Below are positions 26,590 to 39,328 of a DNA stretch of 64,000 nucleotides, piece after piece. Source of the stretch: Dicyema japonicum (taxonomy: Eukaryota > Animalia > Dicyemida); NCBI GenBank assembly GCA_011109175.1, contig RDEW01000002.1, positions 1,058,676 through 1,122,675 on the forward strand, read 5' to 3'. The translations under genes and the position numbers were made by a program. Within the stretch, counting starts at the first letter, position 1; each line of letters begins with the position of its first letter. The notes beneath the pieces were generated by a model that saw only the letters and a program-made list of their open reading frames with translations, did no database searches and was not told the DNA's origin.

Positions 26590-27917
26590 ATGGTGGCTGT
26601 TAAAACTGACAAAAAGTCAATGAGTAAAACATTCTAATAATCTTAAGAAAATACTAGTAAATCTGAGAACTCAAAGAAAAATAAAAATATCCCCATAATG
26701 CCTGAGCCAGATTTGGACGAGAGTGACTCTGGTTCTGAGGAATCAATAGAAGTACCAATTCCCTCATGACATCGCAAAAGACGAAAAAACCAGATTTAGG
26801 GGAGTCAGCCAACAAAAGTAATATTAATAGTCATGTGTAGAACAAAAAGTGGAGGAGTCAGGTTTACTTACAAGTGGTTATTTTGATAGATGGCGAAAAT
26901 GAGGAGGAGGATTCCGGTTTGCTGTGTAATTATGCTAGATAATAATATGGAAGAGGAAACTGAGGACTCAGAAGAAGGAGAGGAGTCTGATAGTAATGTG
27001 GCGAAGAATGAGGAGTCTGAGGAGGTAGAGGATTCGGGTTTGTTAGTGAATATATCATAGATGTAAGTGAGGCTGTGGATATATCTGATAATGATAATGG
27101 TAGGATTACTTCTTTATTGCAGACTCTCCTGTCTCTGTGATGCTTGGGAACTTAGTTCCAGAACGAGTGATGAGGACATCAAGGATCTGCTCAAATCTGC
27201 CTCTGTTAAATACTCTAAACTGCAGAGGAAGGAAAGGTGTTAAGTTTGTTCATTTAAGGACTGCCACGTTGACTGTCCTAGCTGGGTCTCTCCAGAAAGT
27301 AATTGATTTGATCGGAACTTCATTAAGCGACAGAAAGTTGTCAGTCCTAGTCCCAGAAGGAGGACCTAAGGAGACATCTCCCCAAAATATGTCAAAGAAT
27401 TCTACTAGTGAAGAAAATTGCTGCGTGTTTGTAAAGAACCTTGACTATAAAACCACAAATGAGAGTCTTCAGGAAGCATTTGAAGGATCAGTGTCTGCTA
27501 GAGTCATTTTAGAAAGGGACACTGGGAGATCAAAGGGGTTGTGGGTTATTTGATGTCTTAGATTTGGATATGTTGACTTTGAGACAACAGAAGAGGCAAA
27601 ATATGCTATAGAGACCGTTAAAAGTGTGGATGGGAGGAATGTCTTTACTGACTTTGCCTCTGCACGTGGTTGTCCTCGGTGTGCTCATTGTAGGTTCTGG
27701 TGGTCCCAGGTCTAATGACAACAGGGGAGGATTTAGAGGTGGCCGTGGTGGTTTCAGAGGAGACCCTCGTGGTGATCGAGGAGGATTTAGAGGTGGTCGT
27801 GGTGGAAGAGGAGATTTTCGTGGTGGACGAGGAAGAGGATTTGGTGACTTCCGAGGGAGGGGAGATAGTTTTAGAGGTGGTCGAGGACAACCTAAACATT
27901 TTACCTTTGAAGAGTAA
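26590..27917 (+). CDS. NCL: Nucleolin/Nsr1-like protein (acidic N-terminus, two RRMs, RGG tail)
   Basis: E/D/S-rich micro-exons, VMLGNL, VFVKNL.Y.T..ESL.EAF, TGRSKGFGYVDF and an RGGFRGG repeat tail. Nine introns of 22-28 nt; two 1-nt deficits at about 26761 and 27153. Confidence 0.85.
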
Positions 27918-28849
27918 AGTGTAATTAATTTGATTATTGTTTTTGTTTTATTTCTGTCGCAAACATGACTTATTTGAGAGTGTAGGTGTTGCCCAGTCAC
28001 CTGGTACTCTAACAATGCTTTGGCTAACGAGATTATTGGGGTTGTCCTATGGGTTCTGGTAAATACATGCAATTGTGGGGAGATGGAATTATATTGGGAA
28101 GTAGGCAAATAAGGCCTTTACCCATAAATGAGTTGATTGTATGTAATGAAATGGGGATAACAATTGTGTAATTGTATAATGCGAGTTTGTGTCAGGGGAA
28201 ATCTTAAAGCATTTAAATGCTGTTGTTGTGGCACTAGAGGGTTTAACATGGTTATATCTTAAATGATATTTGAGTCTCCTTTTGATGTTGCTTGGGTTTC
28301 TTAATAAGACGTTACTGGAGAAGTAATAAATGGAGGTTAAGATTTGTAAGTGAAATTTAGGAACACGAACATTCCTATCTCAGACATGTGCCATCAATGA
28401 CTTAATGCTTAACTGTATTGTCAGATAAACAATTAACACGTCCTTGTGTGCTAAAAAACAAGATAAATGACCTTAATGAACTTATTATTGTCTACCCTGA
28501 CAAGACGACGCTCTCCACAATTACGGATTGACTGAATTTCGAAAACTTGGACTTGACTGCTTCTTCTGCTCAGCTATTTCCGACTCTTTTGTATCCGATT
28601 GTCTACGGCTATTACCAGAACTGTGTCCGGAAATTCTGAATTACTATATCCCTCATACTATTCCATCCACCCGCGTGATGGAACATTCCCTGCTGAGGAC
28701 AACCTCCTGTTGTTTTTTAAATTCGATTCCTTATCCTGTTTATACGTTTCACTCGAATCTGCGGAGGAACAACAATGGACTAACCTTATGTTCTTTTCTT
28801 CCTGGTTCTTAAACTACCCGAATAGGGACCAGTAGAATCGAACTCTCTC

Positions 28850-30765
28850 ATCTGTCATCAAGTATCGCTTTTTTTGTGTACTTTACCGTCTTCCAATCTT
28901 GTTGACAGTCCCATATTCCGAGGCATCGAAGTCAAATGATGCCCTCGTACTTTTGTGAACACAAAACGCCGGCCATGTGCTCTGAGCGGCTCTCTGCCAA
29001 CACCCTAAACATTGATGAGGCTCGTAAAGCTGCTAAAGTCTCTGGGAATATAGACGAGATAAGAAAACTTAACTCTGAATTCAAAAAGGCAGCCAGGAAG
29101 GATAAAGACTACTGGAGGTTACACTGCAAAAAATGGAAGATGACTATAAGAGAGGTCACACTAGGAATGCGTATTTACAACTGAAAAGATTACGAACCCC
29201 CTTTACGAAAATGATGGGCAAAATCAAGGACAAGGATGGTGTAGAATTGCTAGGCTAACAGAACATTCGAAATCACTGGGAGAATATACGAAAGTGTGTG
29301 CCCACCATATGAGTTGATGAAGCAACGTAGAGTGAGGGGCATAAAATCCTTGAGGAGGAATGCGTGTGGGTTACACGGCAATTAACGGGGAACAAGGTAC
29401 CGGGGATTGACAACATCTCAAACAAATTGTTGAAGGCTATACCAGTGACAGCTATCACCAGTCTATGTCAAAAAATTTGGGAAACTGGTATTTGGCCACG
29501 TGAGTGGAAAAGATCTATATTTATTCCAATACCGAAAAAAGGGGATAGCAAGGACTGTTCAAACTATTGTACAATAGCCTTAATTCCCCATGTCAGCAAA
29601 ATACTTATGGAGATAATACAACATCGTCTAATGCCGAAATGATTCTACCGGTGTCCAAGCAGGATTCAGGAAGGGACGAGGCACACATGACCATATAGCA
29701 AATGTCCGGTGGATTTTGATTCCGTTATACATGATAAGCTGTGGCCCGTTTTAAAAGAATTTGGGTTCGATGTCCATCTGATATTGCTTATCAATCTCTT
29801 TAGACCAAGAAGCTACTGTTAGAACAGTGTATGGAGATACCGATTGGTTCAAAATTTGTAAAGGAGTAAGACAAGGATGCTTATTATCTTCTATTCAATA
29901 TTTATGCCGAAGTGATCATGACTAAATTGGATACTGTATCAAATAACGGGATTAAAATTGGAGGCAGAAACATCAATAATTTGCGCTATGCTGACGATAC
30001 AACCTTACTGGCTGAAACAGAAAATGGCCTCAGGGAGTTGATTCTAAGATTCACAGAAGAGAGCGCCGTCTTTGGTTTATTGCTAAATATCAAGAAGACC
30101 AAAATTATGACTACTGCTAATAACGGAATAATAAAACTAAAAATTGGGAATGAGAAAATAGAGAGTTGCAATAATGTTGTCTTTCTGTGATGTCTAATTA
30201 ATCGGAATGGTGACGGAGGCTTGGAAATCATGAGGCGAATTGCCATGGGACGAGACACCTTCCAGAGAATGAATAGAATTTGGAAAAGCAAAAATATTTC
30301 TTAAGGACCAAATGCAGACTAGTTAATGCAATCGTGTTCCCGGTTTTTCTATACGGCGCAGAATCATGGATATTGAAAAAGGCGGATAGACGAAAAATTG
30401 ATGCTTTTGAGCTGTGGTGCTGGAGGAGGTTACTAAGAATCCCTTGGAATTCCAAAATAACAAATCGATGTACTCAAACGGGTGGAGACGGACATTTCGC
30501 TAGAAGGAAGAATCGTAAAACACAGAATGGCGTTCTTTGGGCATGTTGTCCGCTCTGATTCACTGGAAAAACCATTATGCTGAGCAATATTACTGGAAGA
30601 GAAGACCTGGCCGACCAGGACTCGGTGGCTATCCACGGTGGAAGACGTCACGGGAATGCTATATCAAGGCTAAATTGCAACGGATCGGGAAGAGTGGAGG
30701 AAACTCGTTCATGAAATCTCCAAGGGTCGGACACGACTTAATTGGACAACATAACATAATTTTGT
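28850..30765 (+). mobile_element. RTE-clade LINE, BovB/RTE-1-like, 5'-truncated
   Basis: 'W.TG.WP.EWKRSIFIPIPKKGD...CSNY.TIALI.H.SKI', 'GVRQGC', 'NLRYADDTTL.AE', 'VFPV.LYG.ESW..KKA.R.KIDAFELWCWRRLLRIPW'; 3' end GGGTCGGACACGACTTAA. Confidence 0.88.
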
Positions 30766-31151
30766 AACACTGACCCGGCAAAAGGACGCTCGAATTGCTT
30801 AAAGAAATGCATCCCAGTTCGCCGAAAGACCTACTTCATCTGCAGTTTTATCCGATCACAGAAGAATGGATGCAAGCAATCATCGGAGCGTTCAGCTACT
30901 GTAATGGAGGATTCCTTGTTTCCTAGCCACGCTAAGGGATATAGATGATGCCGAAGAAAATTGAAGGATAGTGACTTTACTATCTATGTCAAGATGTTTT
31001 CTTCTTTGGAGCAAACCTGGTAATTTTCCACAAGTTCAATGAAGGGGGTGTTTGTCTCATCGATTTCTGGAATTATTCCGCCGCTTATGATCGATAAGAC
31101 GTGGTTTCACTCTATTGCTTAGGAGTTGCGCCCGTTTCAAGTTGGTCATCC

Positions 31152-33252
31152 GGTTGTAGGAAAAAAAGTCAAGTGGAAAAAAGGTCAAGCGGAAAAAAAG
31201 TCAAGTCCGTAAGCGGAAAAAAAGTCAAGTTGTCTTTTTTTAGTATATATCCCATTTTTGTGATACTACTAGCATCTTTTAATTTTTAAAAATTTTTTCA
31301 ATACTTGACTTTTTTTCCATTTTTGAAAATTTTTCCCTTATAAATTTTCGAAATTTAGCGCAAAACGGAAAAAAAGTCAAGTCCGTTAACGAAATTACGG
31401 ACTTGACTTTTTTTCCGTTTATAAATTAAGATTTTTATTCATGATCGTTTCATTTTAAAGTAAGCGAGTTTAGAATAACAAATTATTTAAATAGTTAATT
31501 TTGGATAATGTTAATGAATTAAAATGTCCCGCCACAACTAAAACTACACGTGGTGGAAATAAATTCTAAAAATAAAACAGATTTTTTCTATTTTTAAAAT
31601 TTTTTAAAATGTTATAAACATATGATTTTTATTTAACGTGAATCAAGGGATTATTTAATGTGAATCAAAAGAATATTTAATATTCCATGCAATTGCTTTT
31701 AGGGCTTCTCCTACTGTTTTTTTCCGTCCTGGCGATCCAGACATATATTTAAAAGTTTTTTTGTCCATCAATCGTTTTTTTATTTGTTCTTGTTGAAATT
31801 CTTTTTCCAAAGGAATCCTGGTCAATAATAGTTTTCGTCATTTTTTCTTCTTTTTGGAATGACGATATAATATTCCATATCGATGGATGACGATATCCCG
31901 TCAAATTGTATAATTTATTGTTCCACCCTTCACAATAGTTATTTGTTCTTTGTTTATTATTGAGTGTAGCTTCATACACATTCCATAAATTTGGAGGAAA
32001 CAATGGAGCAATGTGCTGTATTCTATCAGCTAAGGGGTTTTCTTGATCATTTAAGCAACGATAATAACCGCGAACATATGTTCTATCAAAATAATCTAAT
32101 ATATATTTTGGATCTGGAATATTTTCTGGCATATTATTCATTAGGAATTCTATTCCTTCTTCCATATCTTGAATGGGTAAAAACGCAAGAGCGTCTATCA
32201 TTGCGCAAAAAATGTTAAAATTAATATTTTCTTTATATTGTTTTACTAGATGCAATTCTTGAATTTTTCTCCAGGTTGACTGTCTTAGATGATAATAACA
32301 TCCTCTAATATGTATTCGTCTCCCAAATACTGCAAGGACAGCTCGAAATATCGAATCTTCAAAGTCTGCCATAATAGTTTCAAGACGAAATGGAATATCT
32401 CAAAGATCGAAAATATTTTTTGGAATATGTAGAGACAAGCGTTGATTCCTTAGTGTTCGCTTGAAAGAATCTGCAGAAGGGAGAATAATTCTGGTTGCTG
32501 TTTCACATTGAGACACAATTTTTGAATAGATTTGTAAGGGATTTTTTTGACTCGTTCTAGCAATAAGTTTTGCTTCGTTGCACAATTTCATCAGTTTTAT
32601 TTGACTTTCGTCAAATTCGTGATTGTGAGAAATTCCTTCTTTGGGAAATTCAACTTAAAATCCGTATATTGATTAAGTCAAAAAGATTAAACCAAAGCGA
32701 AAAAGTCAAGGTCAAAAAGATTAAACCAAAGCGAAAAAAGTCAAGTCAATTTTATTATATTAGGAATCCTTGGCCCCCAAGCAGATGAGTTGGTTCGTAA
32801 GATCGGCTCCATGATTCAAGCTGTGACCAAGGATCTGCGAGAGACTAGTTGGTTCCGAGAACGTATCTAGTTGGCTATTGTTAGGGGAAATAGCATGGCC
32901 ATTCAGATGCCTTAATTTAATTTTTATTCATTTGATAATAAAAAAAAATTTTATTATTACCTTGAAATTCTTAAATTGATTTAGTCAAAGCGATTATACC
33001 AAAGCGGAAAAAAAGTCAAGTCCGTGATTTCGTTAGCGGACTTGACTTTTTTTCCATTTTGCGCTAAATTTCGAAAATTTATAAGGGAAAAATTTTCAAA
33101 AATAGAAAAAAGTCAAGCGGAAAAAAGTCAAGTATTGAAAAAATTTTTAAAAATTAAAAGATGCTAGTAGTATCACAAAAATGCGATATAAACTAAAAAA
33201 GGACGACTTGACTTTTTTTCCCCTTACGGACTTGACTTTTTTTCCGCACTCC
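31152..33252 (-). mobile_element. Mutator (MULE) DNA transposon with long, internally repetitive TIRs
   Basis: Perfect 8-bp TSD GGTCATCC at 31144-31151 and 33253-33260; about 270-bp inverted ends built of GGAAAAAAAGTCAAG units; transposase 'DFE..I..A...VF....I.GCYYHLRQ..WRKIQ', 'RTNN.CEGWN' at 31749-32591. Confidence 0.9.
32770..32945 (+). mobile_element. CRE-type 3' fragment nested inside the MULE
   Basis: 'GPQADELVRKIG.......D.RE..WFRERI.LAIVRGNS.AI' followed by an A-rich tail. Confidence 0.7.
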
Positions 33253-33465
33253 GGTCATCCACCAAGGAAACTCGTTAGGATTTCCTTGCATTGGCTATCG
33301 ACGGCGTCTTATGTGATAAGAATCTTTCATTTGGTGGTACTGACGATTATTGATTGCTCATCCCCAACAGTGTGCATGTTGGTAAGTGATCCTCTTACGA
33401 GCGCCCAACTATGTATAAATTTATGTTTCCTAGTCAAAAGAATAAATGTATTTAATAATAAAAAA

Positions 33466-35004
33466 TCAAGAATTAATAACTTTTAAGTTATGATAATTAT
33501 CAATTAGAAAGACTACAAAGTTGTTAATGTAAAACAGAGAGGCCAGTCCATTAACAGGACGGAATAAATTACATCCCATTACAATCCCCAGATTCCCCGA
33601 TGTCATCAAGTTAACAGTGCTGTGTCTCTGAACCTGTCACTATTTAACATAAAACTACCAAATCAAGCAAATCCAACAAAACAAGCAGCAAATTACGGTT
33701 TATCTCGGGAAGTTCACCCAAAATTTCAAAACAAGCCTGTAATTTGTCAGTTTTGTCTAATCCCACTAATAACACCAACAACCATGAAAGTCGACGATAA
33801 GTTGGTGAAACGAATCAGGGAACAAAGCTGGTTCCAAACTCCCAAAGAAACGTTTCAGTACAACACAAGCGAGATCAACGTCCCCAATCTCTTTAAAATC
33901 GACAGGAATGCCTAAATATGTAAATATAGTCCACCGTGGTTTACATTATGACAGACATCATCAAGCAGAATTTTATTAGTACATCGTCTGAAGACTCCCA
34001 CCTGGTCAAGTCCTGGGGGTAACAAATTCAAACAACCGTATTTACTAATGTAGTCAATACACTGAGTGACGATGGGAGGACACGTGCATTGGTGGTTCTC
34101 ATAAATGCTAGGATTACATACAAATGAGACAATTCAAGCGACACACCGAACTGATTCGTTTTCATGGGAGTTTCGATGACTAAATTATCCCTGTTTCGAA
34201 TGCTATCGTCGAATCTGTATGGTAAAGGACAGAGGACTCACATTTTGACATCATAGGGGATTTTGAGTCTGTCAATGATGAGATATGGTCCCATCTCAGA
34301 AATGCTGTTGATTCTCCGTATTTTCTTGGCAAACTTGGAACTACGTCTATAAATTAGACCAACTTGACGATTTTCTGAAAGGAGGCAATGATAACGTTGA
34401 CTAATTGGGACGGGTGGACTATGAATAGGGCTTTGATGTTCTTTTTGTATCTTGGGAGTAAATAAATCCCCACTTTCTGTCAAGTTGTCTGTAGGCAGAG
34501 AAGAGAAATTTGAGGGAAGGAAACCTCGTCATTTTCATCCCATAGTGAAAGTACACAAGCACATAATCCGAGGTCACATATTTGTCGAGAGTAAATAATA
34601 GATAACTAACAAATCATCAGTCAAATACTCCAGAACACGCTGGTGGGCGACCTCACTTGTGGGAGGTACTCTGCAGGCTGAAAATGTTATAATTTTGTCC
34701 CCATACAAGTCATCCCCTAAAAGTAAGAATGTAGGGCTGCCTGCAACTTCTACGATTCCATATTTGGCAACATCGGCATATTCCCCAATTTCATTATTAA
34801 AGTGAAAATCCTTTATAGTAAGTCCATTATACATTGACTGGAGGGAGTTGAGTCTCAAAGTCGTCGTTGACTTCTTGTATTTCCGAGACTTTGAGGGACG
34901 AATCTATTTCCTTAGTAGTAAGGTCGCACTCAATCTCATCATATTCGAATTCATTATCGTCAATTATGTCTTATAATAGTATAATTAATACCAGGCATAT
35001 CCAT
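33466..35004 (-). CDS. ARHGAP1: RhoGAP with BCH/CRAL-TRIO domain (p50RhoGAP, ARHGAP1/8)
   Basis: Spliced: IVEVAGDDLYG.KII.FSACR.PP, LD.YV.SDY.L.YFH.G, AYR.LDRKYKKNIKAL.IVHP, FGVSL, GVFRR (Arg finger), NLM...NLGIV.G.NL. Twelve introns of 22-27 nt including one GC-AG; frame intact. Confidence 0.93.
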
Positions 35005-35119
35005 TATAACAAATATTTATTATGGATTAATTTATATTTAAAATAATTATATACTTATAATCAATTTAATAATATATTCGCTTTATTTTAATTTTTACTT
35101 AACGTAAATTATTGTTAAA

Positions 35120-35420
35120 AAAAGTGGCATAGTCTTTTGAGTCGCGATTAGCTGAGGTTTCGATTCTCGCGATCGAATGATTTCAATCTGCTCTGTAACC
35201 TTCATTAAATCCTAAGGGAGATCATATGATTCGTCTGCCTCAGGAGTACCTGGACGGCATTTAAAAAAGGATCTACCTCTTCCCAACTCCACTAGAGGGA
35301 TTCCCACAATAGCCAATATGCATGACGTTATGCTTGAACAGGATCTGCTTCACTCGACCATGGGCTCTAAATATACTTGGTGTTAATTACTTCTTAAAAT
35401 CTTTCCTGTATATCCGGGAT
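35120..35420 (+). mobile_element. SINE with tRNA-like head, shared core and stem-loop tail
   Basis: B-box-like GGTTTCGATTC at about 35157; core GTACCTGGACGGCATTT..AGGAT..CTCTTCCC; tail AAATATAC..GTATATCCGGGATTATTAAAT. Confidence 0.6.
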
Positions 35421-36749
35421 TATTAAATATTTTTTAAATCTTTAAGATTAACATTTGGTTAATGAAAATGAAAATTCCAAGGACGGTGGTGCCCAAAAAA
35501 CTAATATCCAGTGATTCCGACAGAGATCTCATTTGGTAAATTCAAACATGACAAAACTGTTATGCCAAAAAATGCTGAAAGTACACTATCCAAATCCTAA
35601 AACCTACATATTCCTCCATTGCAAACGGAACACCAAGTGTAATCATCAAAACGTGGACTCCTATGTAATCAATGCCCTAACGCAAATTTATACCTTATCA
35701 AAAAACCTTAAAAAATTGCAACTACCATAGAATCTCCTATCTCATACCAATCATAAAGCTTGGAAGAGCAAACTTCTTTATATTGGACTTATCCTTCTTT
35801 TTTAATCTTTGAAAATCTTAAAAAAACTTATTCTCGCCATGATCCGCTCATACCTTCCAGTAAACTCCTTTCAACGAGGATTCAAAAAAGGTATATTTAC
35901 GACAACTCACCTAACAACCATATCAATTTATGAAGGCCTACGATAACACTAAAGTTCTTAGTATGCTTAATTTACATAGGGTTTTGATTGGTAGAATAAT
36001 TGCGAGAAAGATTTTTAATATAATAACAAAAATAAAAAAAGGTTTGCTAACTTATCACTTAATGAGTGTTTCTTTCTCTTAATAAATGACGGTAATTCCT
36101 TTGAAATTAATAATTTTACCAAATTAACGGCTCACGTGATCTTGTCGCACTCCAGCAGAGATCTTATCTTGGCTCTATGCTCCTCCCTCGAGTCCACACA
36201 AGCACGTATCGGCCGTATTACCGGATTCTCGTAACTGCATGGGCGCGTCCTTTGTTTTACGGATTAGGAATTGCAGATAAATTGGAGAGTGGATTTATTC
36301 TGGAAAGGAATGGACCCCACAGGGCATGACTCAATGTACTGCTTTTTAGATAGCTTTCAGGATAGGGTGATTTCCAATTTTCCTTAACCCAAGAGACATT
36401 TCAGTACGTTAGACTTTTTTTCGCATTTCTTACCTCAACATGAAGCGATAAGCACATGTGATGTCACAAATCACTCTAAGGGTTTTTACCGTCCGATTCA
36501 AACAAGTCACCTCCGACCCATAAGGGGTTAACTAGTCAGAGTTTAAAAGATTGAAAATGGTCGGAGAAAGCGGAGAACCTTAGGGTACGGTTCATGCTAG
36601 ATAAAAATATCACTTTTTCTACAAATTTTTGAAACACGTGGGTCTTATTTCCTAATTTAATTTGTGTCAAAAAATCGAAAGATGGAAAATACATCACAGG
36701 TCTAAACTGCTCCAACTTAACAACCTGTTATCAAGTCGCGATTATCTGT

Positions 36750-37255
36750 GGGTTCGACTCACTCGCCGTTACTTACCTGGTTGAGGGGTTCTGTTCTCTT
36801 CTGTGTTTTCTTAGATATTTTTATCCAGCATGGCAAACGCCGGCTGTGGAATATGTTTTTGTTGCGTGGAGATTTGCGTTATCAACAACTACGCTCCACA
36901 GTCTCAATTCGATATACCGAAAAATTATTCATGTGTCGGCTTTCATATTGGATCAACAGTCAGTTCCCTACTCACGGATAAACGACCCGTAATCGCTGCT
37001 CAGGATTTCTTCTGGTCTGTGAGGAGGATGTAACCTGTTTCACCTGTACATTTTCAAGGCAAAAGAAACCCGATTGGTTAAAAAGTTCCCTTTTCCAATC
37101 GGATTCCTCTACAGGGATGAGAGAAGGCTCTTTCGTACGGTAGTTGGAATAATGAGTGACCACAGATGTTGGATTGATTAGGGTAAGTGGGATATGTAAT
37201 TGTTTGACGTTTTTCTGTCTTTCTCGGTGATCCCAGGGTTCTAAATTATTAAATA
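36750..37255 (+). mobile_element. LINE 3' fragment with tail
   Basis: Homologous to the reverse complement of 56640-56950 (GGATCAACAGTC, CCAATCGGATTCCTCT); tail CTCGGTGATCCCAGGGTT. Confidence 0.75.
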
Positions 37256-38179
37256 ATTTTATAATATACGCTGTCTTTATACAACTATGGACTTATGTGG
37301 AGCCATATGAATATGAACTACTCGATACAGCTTTCCCTAGTATTTTGAATAAGTATCGTCTGCATCCTAGATCTGTAGAACATTCTCAAAGGTCGGAAGC
37401 CTTATTGGTCTATGTGTAGACATGAATTTATTTCTCGGTGGACATTACACAATGCACTTATATAAGCAATACTCACTCCATGTAATCCAGTCAAGAATAC
37501 TGGAGACCACAATTGTCTCATGTACTCCCAATAGTAAAACTCATTTTTTTATTTAAAAAACCCAAGGACCACCAGGAAAGAAAGTGTAAAAATAAACTAA
37601 TTATTAACTTCCTGCGTCTCCTCGTGTATCAGCCAGCAATTCCACCTCCTTGTGAAAGTGTATCCTCGAATGTCCGCAGAAGAACTCGACCCAAGTATCA
37701 TCTTTTGATCCTCCGCGTTGATAATCCTTCTTCAAGCGGAGCGATGATTTGATAATAAAATCTATTGATAAATGCCACAAGGATGGTGGTGCTCTTCAAA
37801 ACGTTTCACTTTTAAATCCCTTAGGTTGCGTCTTCCTCAGTGTGATGAGTGAATGTTATTAAGGTCTCGAAAGTGACACTAAAATCTTCTGAAATCTCGT
37901 GAATAGAAAACGGGCATTGTCAAAGAAAAACTAGCATTCACTCTTAAACTCAATAACAGTAGTAAATAGATCGAACTGAGATTTTTCGCCGATAAAAATA
38001 ACACATTAAGGCGTGACTAAGTCCAGCTAAGGTGTGAATGGACAATCAAAACAACCATAAAGAAAAACTATCCATAATAAGATCGTCCACGTTATATTCG
38101 GAAATGAAGATTTTATTATCAGAAACGTGCTTGAAACAGATTTGAAAACCGATTGATACTAAAATTGTCCATAAATAAA

Positions 38180-38480
38180 GTTTTGAAACCACTCATGCAA
38201 TAATGAGTCGTGGTAGATCACCCCACTCTAAGCCATGTTTGAACACAGGCATTGGTAAAGCAGAAAAGATTAGTGTTAGAACCCCCGGTATAAGGATAGG
38301 TTGGCTGGAAAAGACCGTCCTTTGGCTTTCCTGCCTTCATAATTGGCAGTTATTTAATTCTTCCAGATATTCGGAAGTGTGTGTTAACCAATCGAGAGGT
38401 TATATAATTCCGTAACACGATATCTCTAACCTTGATGATATAGTGTATAGTGAAGACACCATGGAGACCAGAGGCATATA
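38180..38480 (-). mobile_element. Degenerate LINE RT fragment
   Basis: 'IWKN...PIMKAGKPKD' and 'PMPVFKHG' resemble the copy at 57376-58080. Confidence 0.45.
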
Positions 38481-39074
38481 ATGAAGCAATGGACTTATGC
38501 AAATTGAAGAAAGTAGTCTGAGGCGTGGACTTTGGTTGTATGTAATTAGTTTAATCAATATTTAACGTTTCATTAGTTTATTTGCCAATTTGCGTGCAGA
38601 TTGTTATGAATTGGGAGTAATTATTACGTCATGTGTTTTACTCTCAACATCTTCCAAATACATCGTACGAGCGCATGACAAAGGCATCAACCAGGCGACT
38701 CTATTTGTGCCTATGGTTGTCGCGAATTGATTCTTTAGATAATCAGTCGACACATACGTGCTGAAAACAAGTAAATCCGCTTTCGAATAATTCCTGAACC
38801 TTTTAGAAAACCAGGGTACGCAGAAAGGTCTTCTGAGTCGTGACACAATCGGCTGTGGTTACCTGAGTAATCATAAAGGAAACTCAGATGGAGTGAGAGT
38901 AAGTTACATAATTCTTTGTTTAAAATAATTAGTTAGTAGTCACGACCTCGCTATCTTTTAGGATGCTGTTCGTCCTCAGGCGTAATTTCGACAAGGATCA
39001 CCTGCTCGCGGCGAAATTTGTAAGTTGTTTTAGGCAGCAACTTAAAGATCCACTAACTTATGTTCATTGAAGCC

Positions 39075-39310
39075 GCATTTCCCGATGTGATGCTATGTGG
39101 CTAATTGATTGAAAATTTCTCTTCCTTCCCTCTGATGATGTCATTGGACCCACCTTAAATAGAAGACACTCAATGTCTGGCCGGCATTTAAAAGATTACA
39201 ACTAATCATAGGACAATTCGTTCCCTCGCGACAAGTTCTGTAATTGACCACAGCTCCCCTGGACAACGTCCTTTGTATGGGTTATATTGCGTCGGGATAA
39301 AATAAATAAT
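39075..39310 (+). mobile_element. Degenerate SINE copy
   Basis: AGCCGC..ATGTGATGCTATGTGGCTAATTGATTGAA head and CAATGTCTGGCCGGCATTT core match the 18050 copy. Confidence 0.6.
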
Positions 39311-39328
39311 AAATATAATTATTAATAG

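Noticed and set aside
27137-27553. 138-aa ORF in the ORF track read as one exon
   Set aside because: It stays open only because a 1-nt deficit at about 27153 is offset by reading through a 22-nt intron; the RRM-like frame (SSRTSDEDIKDLLK) is the shifted one.
27530-28108. 192-aa Pro/Arg-rich ORF and overlapping ORFs
   Set aside because: Antisense and alternative-frame shadows of the low-complexity RGG tail of nucleolin.
31152-31420. Repeated GGAAAAAAAGTCAAG units resembling a CRISPR-like array
   Set aside because: Spacing is irregular, units occur in both orientations, are mirrored at 32990-33252 and flank a MULE transposase with a TSD; the DNA is eukaryotic and no cas genes are present.
2385-39138. 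CTGATGA hammerhead-ribozyme core at 2385-2391 (minus) and 39132-39138
   Set aside because: No GAAA or supporting helices follow; the first straddles a TSD boundary.
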